A DNA stretch of 64,000 bases from a virus. Location: positions 1 through 64,000 of IMG/VR virus record IMGVR_UViG_3300032050_009888; one strand, given 5' to 3'. Of this stretch, positions 57,926 to 64,000 are shown piece after piece (positions within the stretch are counted from its first letter, which is position 1; every line of letters begins with the position of its first letter). The translations under genes were made by a program, and so were the position numbers. Below the pieces are notes generated by a model. The model was not told the DNA's origin and searched no databases. It saw nothing but the letters and a program-made list of their open reading frames with translations.

Positions 57926-59298
57926 CATTAAGTAGTTTAGAAAATTATGGAATCGGATTCCAAACAAAGGTTATATCTGCTTTATTAACTGATAAACCAT
58001 TCTTACAGAATGTGAATGACGTTTTAACAGATGAATATTTTAGTAACAGTGCACACAAATGGATAGTAAATGAGGTAATAAAATATTACATTAAATACCA
58101 TACCAATCCAACTATGGATGTTCTTAAAGTAGAAATGAAAAAACTTGAAAATGAAGTACTTCAAGTATCTATTAAAGAACAATTAAAAGAAGCATATAGG
58201 TCATCTGATGAAAGTGATTTGACTTATGTAAAGCAAGAATTTACTAATTTTTGTAAAAATCAACAACTAAAAAAAGCGCTTTTAAATTCAGTTGATTTAT
58301 TAAAAGCAGGTGACTATGATTCAATTAGGCTGCTAGTTGATAGCGCTTTACGCTCAGGTCAGGACAAAAATATTGGCCATGAGTATAATAAAGATACTGA
58401 GTCAAGGTATCGTGAAGAAGAACGTGTGCCTATTCCAACACCTTGGAATGAAATTAATGCTTTACTACAGGGTGGATTAGGCGAAGGAGATTTTGGACTT
58501 ATATTCGGTAATCCAGGTGGTGGTAAAAGTTGGAGTTTAGTAGCGTTAGGCGCATACGCTGTGACAGCGGGTTTTAATGTTATACATTATACATTAGAGT
58601 TAGGTGAAAGTTATGTTGGAAGACGATATGACTCTTATTTCACACAAATACCTGTGAACAAAATTATTAAACATAAAGATAAAGTAGGAGAAGTAACATC
58701 AGAATTACCCGGAGAATTAATTATTAAAGAATATCCAATGGGTAAAGCATCAATGAGTACTATTGAATCTCATATTAAGAAATGTATAGATTTAGATTTC
58801 AAACCAGATTTAATTATTATTGACTATGTTGATCTTTTATCATCTAGAAGAAAAAATAAGGAACGGAAGGAAGAAATAGATGATATTTATACAAGTACTA
58901 AAGGTTTAGCTCGTGAACTTAAATTACCTATTTGGAGTGTATCACAAGTAAATAGAGCAGGTGCTAAAGATAGTATTATTGAAGGTGATAAAGCCGCCGG
59001 TTCTTATGATAAAATGATGATTGCTGATTTCGCAATATCTTTATCAAGACAAAAGAAAGATAAAGTTAATGGAACAGGTAGGTTCCATATCATGAAAAAC
59101 AGATATGGAATGGACGGTATGACCTTTAACGCTAAAGTAGATACATCTACTGGACATATTGATATATTGAATGAAATGAGTGAAGATGAAGAAGAAATGG
59201 AAATTAAGAGTACTAAAAAAATAAGTGGAACTGATTTTGATAGTTTAGATAGAGAATATTTAGCAAAACAATTTTTTGAATTAAGCAATAACACCTAA
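57922..59298 (+). CDS. Replicative helicase (DnaB / T4 gp41-like)
   Basis: GNPGGGKS, TLEL, IIDYVD, SQVNR, KNRYG. Confidence 0.93.
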   Translation: MTLSSLENYGIGFQTKVISALLTDKPFLQNVNDVLTDEYFSNSAHKWIVNEVIKYYIKYHTNPTMDVLKVEMKKLENEVLQVSIKEQLKEAYRSSDESDLTYVKQEFTNFCKNQQLKKALLNSVDLLKAGDYDSIRLLVDSALRSGQDKNIGHEYNKDTESRYREEERVPIPTPWNEINALLQGGLGEGDFGLIFGNPGGGKSWSLVALGAYAVTAGFNVIHYTLELGESYVGRRYDSYFTQIPVNKIIKHKDKVGEVTSELPGELIIKEYPMGKASMSTIESHIKKCIDLDFKPDLIIIDYVDLLSSRRKNKERKEEIDDIYTSTKGLARELKLPIWSVSQVNRAGAKDSIIEGDKAAGSYDKMMIADFAISLSRQKKDKVNGTGRFHIMKNRYGMDGMTFNAKVDTSTGHIDILNEMSEDEEEMEIKSTKKISGTDFDSLDREYLAKQFFELSNNT

Positions 59299-59299
59299 T

Positions 59300-60250
59300 A
59301 TGATTACTGAACCAAGAATTTATTATAAACCATTTGAATATCAAGATGCGTTTGATTTCTATAAAAATCAACATCGAGCACACTGGCTAGCAGACGAAGT
59401 ACCTTTAGCATCAGATTTAAATGATTGGAAACTAAAATTAGATGAATCTGAAAAGAATTTAATAGGAAACATCTTAAAATCATTTGCTCAAACTGAGGTA
59501 CACGTTAACGATTACTGGTCAACAAAAGTATCAGTTTGGTTTCCTAAACCTGAAATACAAGCAATGGCTCGTGTATTTGCTGATTTTGAAAGTATTCATG
59601 CTGAAGCATATGCTCGATTAAATGAAGAATTAGGTTTAGATGACTTTAAAGCATTTATGGAAGATGAAGTATCCAAAGCCAAAATTGATCGTTTAATTGA
59701 AGTACCAGGTGAAACATTAGAAGAAAGAGCATTATCATTAGCTATATTCTCAGCATTCACTGAAGGTGTAAATTTATTCTCTTCGTTTGCTGTATTAATG
59801 AGTTTCCAATTAAGAAACTTAATGAAAGGTACAGGTCAAATAGTTGAATGGAGTGTTCGAGATGAAAGTTTACATTCAAAAGCAGGATGTTGGTTGTATA
59901 GAACATTACTTAAAGAATGTCCTGAATTAGATACTCCTGAAATGAGAAATAGAATTGTTGAGGCTTGTGAATTGTCTGTTCAATTAGAATTTGATTTTAT
60001 TGAAAAGGCTTTTGAAATGGGTAATATAGAAGGCTTAAATAAAGAACAATTAAAAGCATTTATTAAAGCAAGAGCAAATGAAAAAATAATAGAATTAGGA
60101 TACTCAGCAATTTATAATGATATTGATCCTAATTTAGTTAAACAAATGGAATGGTTTGGACATTTAACAAGTGGTAAAACACATCAAGACTTTTTTGCAG
60201 GTCGTGTTACTAGTTATGCTAAATCAACAGCAGATTGGAATGATTTATAA
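59300..60250 (+). CDS. nrdB: Ribonucleotide reductase beta subunit
   Basis: KPFEY, W...EV, ESIHAEAY, EGVNLFSSF, RDESLH, DFF. Confidence 0.95.
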   Translation: MITEPRIYYKPFEYQDAFDFYKNQHRAHWLADEVPLASDLNDWKLKLDESEKNLIGNILKSFAQTEVHVNDYWSTKVSVWFPKPEIQAMARVFADFESIHAEAYARLNEELGLDDFKAFMEDEVSKAKIDRLIEVPGETLEERALSLAIFSAFTEGVNLFSSFAVLMSFQLRNLMKGTGQIVEWSVRDESLHSKAGCWLYRTLLKECPELDTPEMRNRIVEACELSVQLEFDFIEKAFEMGNIEGLNKEQLKAFIKARANEKIIELGYSAIYNDIDPNLVKQMEWFGHLTSGKTHQDFFAGRVTSYAKSTADWNDL

Positions 60251-60261
60251 AATATAAAGTT

Positions 60262-60525
60262 ATGGCATTAAAAGGACAATCAATTAGAAATGGAGTTACT
60301 ATACTAATGAATGGTAAAGTAGCTCAAAAACAAGAAGTAATAGAATTAAGTAACACTTGGACTAACAATCAAGAAACTTTATTTAAAAAAGCCCTTAAAC
60401 AAGGGGGAGAACTAACAATTAATAAAGTACACTTTAAAATTATAGCCCAAGAAACTATTCTAAATTCAAAAGGAGAAAAAGACCCAGGTGTGATTCAAGT
60501 ACCAGGAGCAGATTTAAGATTTTAA
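60262..60525 (+). CDS. Hypothetical protein between nrdB and nrdA
   Basis: ORF with AAGTTATG start. Confidence 0.65.
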   Translation: MALKGQSIRNGVTILMNGKVAQKQEVIELSNTWTNNQETLFKKALKQGGELTINKVHFKIIAQETILNSKGEKDPGVIQVPGADLRF

Positions 60526-60535
60526 TAACTAAAAA

Positions 60536-62260
60536 ATGAGCATTCAAGTAGATACAAGTATGTGGGTGAAAAATAAGAATTATCCTGATTGGATGGATGA
60601 TATAGCTGTTAGTATGATTTCAAAAGGATATTTACTACCAGATGAAGATGTGTTTGACGCATTTAAAAGAGTAAGTAAAGCAGCCGCTAGAAGACTAAAG
60701 CGTAAAGATTTACAACCTTATTTTTATGAGGCAATAGTTAAAAACTGGCTATGTTTAGCTTCACCTGTTTTATCAAATATGGGAACAGAAAGAGGAATGC
60801 CTATATCATGTTTTGGAATTGATGTAGGTGACTCAATTGAAGGTATAGCTGATGCTAACTCAGAACTAATGAGATTATCTTCTCAAGGTGGAGGAGTTGG
60901 TATTGGAGTATCTCGTATTAGAGGTAGAGGAAAATCTATTCGTGATAATGGTGTTAGTGAAGGAGTAGTTCCTTGGTGTAAAATTTATGACTCAACTATT
61001 TTAGCTACTAATCAAGGCTCAGTTAGAAGGGGAGCAGCATCTGTTAATTTAAATATTAACCATCCTGATATTGAAGAATTTTTACAAATTCGTAGGCCTA
61101 AAGGAGATGTTAATCGTCAATGTTTGAATCTTCATCAATGTGTAGTTGTTGATGATGTTTTTATGACTAAACTAGAAAATAAAGACGAAAAAGCATTAAA
61201 ACTATGGGGTGAAATTCTTAAAACACGTCTTGAAACAGGTGAACCTTATATTATGTTTGAGGATAATATGAATAATCAAAATCCTGAAGCGTATAAAAGG
61301 AATAACTTAAAAGTTTCAATGACTAATATTTGTAGTGAAATTTCACTTTACACAGATGAATTACACTCATTTATTTGTTGTTTATCCTCACTTAACTTAG
61401 CCCGTTGGGATGAATGGAAGGATTATAAGTTTGATAATGGAATGACATTACCTGAACTTGCTTGTTGGTTTTTAGAAGGTGCACTTCAAGAATTTATTGA
61501 TAGAGCTAAAAACATCAAGTTTATGGAAAACACAGTTCGCTCAGCTACTAAAGGTAGAGCAATTGGAATTGGTGTTTTAGGATGGCACACTTATTTACAA
61601 TCAAAAGGATTACCGTTTGTAGGTATTCAAGCAAGTGCTCATACAAGAATTATCTCAGAATTTATTTATAAAGAAGCTTTAAAAGCAAGTAAAGCACAAG
61701 CTGAACTTTATGGTGAACCAGAATGGTGTAAAGGAACAGGTTTAAGACATACTCACCATATTGCAATTGCTCCTACAGTATCAAACGCTCACATTTCAGG
61801 AGGTGTATCACCTTCAATTGAGCCTATTCCTGCTAATGTTTATAATTTAAAAACAGCGAAAGGAGTATTTATTAAACGCAATAGAATTCTTGAAGAATTA
61901 CTTGAGAAAAAAGGATATAATATTGATAGTGTTTGGGATCAAATCCTAAAAGATCAAGGATCAGTTTTTAATATTCCTGATTATATTTTAAGTGAAGAAG
62001 AAAAAGAAGTATTTTTAACATTTAAAGAGATTAATCAATTAGAAATTGTTCGTCAAAATGCTATTCGCCAAAAACATGTTGATCAAGCTATCTCATTAAA
62101 CTTATGTTTTGATCCAAATGATACTCCAAAATGGATATCTCAAGTACATAAAGAAGCTCATAAGTTAGGAATTAAAACTTTATATTATTTAAGAACAGAA
62201 AGCGTTCTAAGAGGAGATAATTTACAAAGACTCTCAGAATGTATATCATGTGAAGGTTAA
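60536..62260 (+). CDS. nrdA: Ribonucleotide reductase alpha subunit (no ATP cone)
   Basis: ISCF, GGGVG, TNICSEI, CCLSS, IAPT, DQAISLNL, KTLYY, C-terminal CISCEG. Confidence 0.95.
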   Translation: MSIQVDTSMWVKNKNYPDWMDDIAVSMISKGYLLPDEDVFDAFKRVSKAAARRLKRKDLQPYFYEAIVKNWLCLASPVLSNMGTERGMPISCFGIDVGDSIEGIADANSELMRLSSQGGGVGIGVSRIRGRGKSIRDNGVSEGVVPWCKIYDSTILATNQGSVRRGAASVNLNINHPDIEEFLQIRRPKGDVNRQCLNLHQCVVVDDVFMTKLENKDEKALKLWGEILKTRLETGEPYIMFEDNMNNQNPEAYKRNNLKVSMTNICSEISLYTDELHSFICCLSSLNLARWDEWKDYKFDNGMTLPELACWFLEGALQEFIDRAKNIKFMENTVRSATKGRAIGIGVLGWHTYLQSKGLPFVGIQASAHTRIISEFIYKEALKASKAQAELYGEPEWCKGTGLRHTHHIAIAPTVSNAHISGGVSPSIEPIPANVYNLKTAKGVFIKRNRILEELLEKKGYNIDSVWDQILKDQGSVFNIPDYILSEEEKEVFLTFKEINQLEIVRQNAIRQKHVDQAISLNLCFDPNDTPKWISQVHKEAHKLGIKTLYYLRTESVLRGDNLQRLSECISCEG

Positions 62261-62261
62261 A

Positions 62262-63257
62262 ATGAAGAAATATATACTACCCATGCTGATAGCGCTCTCG
62301 GCCCTGGCCGTGAGTGCTACAGCTGCATTTTACTCAGTTACTGGTTTATCAAAACTATTTGCTGGAGCAAGTTTAGCAGTTATTATTATGGCTTCTTCTT
62401 TAGAAGTAGCTAAATTAGTTATAGCCTCATTCCTATATCAATATTGGAAAGAGATAAATAAAGCTTTAAAAGTATATTTAACAATAGCTTTAGGAGTATT
62501 AATCATAATTACATCAGCAGGCATTTATGGATTCTTATCTTCTGCTTATGAGGTAACTGCTTCTAAAAATACAGTTGTTGAAAAACAAATAGCAGCCTTA
62601 GAAACTAAAAAAGAGAATTATACTAAAACCAGAGATGTCTATATTAAAGATAAAGACCAAATCTCTAAAAGTACATCAGATTTAAGAACTGCTCTATCAA
62701 CAGGTACTATTACTCAATATAAAGATAAATCAGGCCAAATTATGAATGTGGCTAATACTGGTAATAGAAAAGCATTTGAAAAACAATTAGAAAGTACTGT
62801 TAAAGAAGAAGAAAAATTAACAACTAAAATTGATGTTTTAAATGATAGTATTTTAAGTTTAGATAATCAAATACTAGAAGCAGAATCAAATGCTGAGGTA
62901 GCAGCTGAATTAGGTCCATTAAAATACCTAAGTAAAATATCTGGTATGTCAATGGATCTTATTATTAATTGGTTTATTTTAATTATTGTATTTGTGTTTG
63001 ATCCATTAGCAATTAGTTTAGTTATAGCTGCTAATTTGGCCTTTAAAAAGCTTCAACACCTAGAACCAGAACAGAAACTAGCCATATATAATGAAAGACC
63101 AACTGAGGTACCCAAGGAACCTATGATACAATTAGATCCGAATCAGGCACCAGTTATGGCTCCTTCTGTTCCTCCTCCACCAGTGAATAAATCGTTTTTT
63201 AATTTTGTACCTCCTATTTTTAAAAGAAAAAATAATGATGAAATAAAGACTTACTAG
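62262..63257 (+). CDS. Membrane protein with coiled coil (DUF4407-like topology)
   Basis: Three N-terminal TM helices, a coiled coil, and a C-terminal TM helix IIVFVFDPLAI. Confidence 0.7.
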   Translation: MKKYILPMLIALSALAVSATAAFYSVTGLSKLFAGASLAVIIMASSLEVAKLVIASFLYQYWKEINKALKVYLTIALGVLIIITSAGIYGFLSSAYEVTASKNTVVEKQIAALETKKENYTKTRDVYIKDKDQISKSTSDLRTALSTGTITQYKDKSGQIMNVANTGNRKAFEKQLESTVKEEEKLTTKIDVLNDSILSLDNQILEAESNAEVAAELGPLKYLSKISGMSMDLIINWFILIIVFVFDPLAISLVIAANLAFKKLQHLEPEQKLAIYNERPTEVPKEPMIQLDPNQAPVMAPSVPPPPVNKSFFNFVPPIFKRKNNDEIKTY

Positions 63258-63258
63258 G

Positions 63259-63290
63259 TTTGGCTTCTAAGAATTAAATTTTTATATTTA
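63259..63290 (+). promoter_or_regulatory. Bacteroidota-type -33/-7 promoter
   Basis: TTTG-N20-TATATTTA. Confidence 0.65.
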
Positions 63291-63947
63291 TAATAAACAA
63301 TAAGTTATGATGACATCACCAAACCTTAATTTTTTAGCTCAAATCGAAGAATACCCAGAAATGACTCCAATATTGGAGAACAAATATCAGGGTTTTATTA
63401 AAAAAGAAGGAATTTATGAACCATGGGGTAAAGATATTGTAGAAAAATACCTTCCACATAAGTCTTTAAAATATCTTATAGAAAATAATCTTATAACTCA
63501 AGATAAAAATGGGGATTGGATTTTAGTTGAATATGGCGCTGGGGTTTCTAATTCTCCTGATTGGTTACATTGGTTAGAAACTGGATATAAAAGAAATTGG
63601 AGTGTATATAAATGGAAACAAGGCACAGATATAGATGAAAAATTTACTTTTTATTCAATGGAAACAAAAGATGGATGGAACAGAACATATCTATCAGTTA
63701 AATTAAATAATCATCTTTATTCTAAAATTACTAATCCAAATGGTTTTTGGGTAGAAACAGTTGAAAGAACAGATATATGTGATGGATCAGGAAAAGAACA
63801 ATTATATTATAAAGATAATTTTGGAAGTATTCAAGGTAAAATGCCTGTAAAAATAGAGAAAAAAATTCAAGAATTAAAAAATAAAAATATAGAATTTGGA
63901 TATTACAAATTTTAATTTTATATTTATAATAAACAATAAGTTATGAT
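63280..63947 (+). repeat. 32-bp direct repeat flanking ORF 63307..63915
   Basis: TTTTATATTTATAATAAACAATAAGTTATGAT at 63280-63311 and 63916-63947. Confidence 0.9.
63307..63915 (+). CDS. Hypothetical protein
   Basis: 202-aa ORF between the direct repeats. Confidence 0.65.
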   Translation: MMTSPNLNFLAQIEEYPEMTPILENKYQGFIKKEGIYEPWGKDIVEKYLPHKSLKYLIENNLITQDKNGDWILVEYGAGVSNSPDWLHWLETGYKRNWSVYKWKQGTDIDEKFTFYSMETKDGWNRTYLSVKLNNHLYSKITNPNGFWVETVERTDICDGSGKEQLYYKDNFGSIQGKMPVKIEKKIQELKNKNIEFGYYKF

Positions 63948-64000
63948 AAAAACATCTCATGAATTACCTTTATGTCTTTTAAATAAAAGTTATGATTGGA
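63943..64000 (+). CDS. 5' end of a gene (MIKTSHELPLCLLNKSYDW...), partial
   Basis: ATG in AAGTTATG context after the promoter motif, open to the window edge. Confidence 0.55.
   Translation, partial: MIKTSHELPLCLLNKSYDW

Noticed and set aside
32362-58891. Intragenic ATATTTATA copies (about 32362, 52062, 58883) as promoters
   Set aside because: They coincide with Asp-Ile-Tyr codons deep inside genes and are expected by chance in AT-rich DNA.
870-59294. All minus-strand ORFs in the track (e.g. 10325..10801, 34022..34561, 44455..45222)
   Set aside because: They lie antisense to clear + strand genes and have no motifs. They are shadows of codon bias.
1-64000. Stop-codon reassignment
   Set aside because: Core genes are full length in the standard bacterial code, and TAA, TAG and TGA all end genes at sensible positions.
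1-64000. tRNA or rRNA genes
   Set aside because: Intergenic gaps are short and no cloverleaf or T-loop consensus was seen.
63943-64000. TGT/DpdA-like base-modification enzyme
   Set aside because: The SHExP start is suggestive from memory, but 19 residues cannot support a call.

Overview
A 64-kb, very AT-rich segment of a large T4-like myovirus genome. Every credible gene is on the + strand. The host is almost certainly a Bacteroidota: there are -33/-7 promoters, no Shine-Dalgarno sites, signal peptides ending in Ala-Gln, a T9SS-type cargo gene and a Flavobacterium-like RNR. Gene order: (1) an accessory region with a COG2509-type FAD oxidoreductase split by a cassette containing a GIY-YIG/NUMOD3 endonuclease; (2) probable capsid-internal proteins and two fibre genes; (3) the head module (terminase, portal, protease, scaffold, major capsid) and phoH; (4) a ~14-kb block of modular fibre/adhesin genes; (5) a secreted-protein plus outer-membrane barrel pair; (6) neck, sheath, tube, chaperones, tape measure and baseplate; (7) a replication module (miniature family-A polymerase, SSB, RecA, 5'-3' exonuclease, helicase, nrdB, nrdA). 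The best leads are the split flavoenzyme, the phage-borne T9SS cargo/barrel pair, a shared LxE leader on many proteins, a +1/-2 chaperone frameshift, a PolA with a substituted steric gate, a late-promoter motif that is the reverse complement of the T4 box, and several structured intergenic RNAs. No tRNA, rRNA, CRISPR array or reverse transcriptase was seen. All protein calls come from motif recognition by eye, not database searches.
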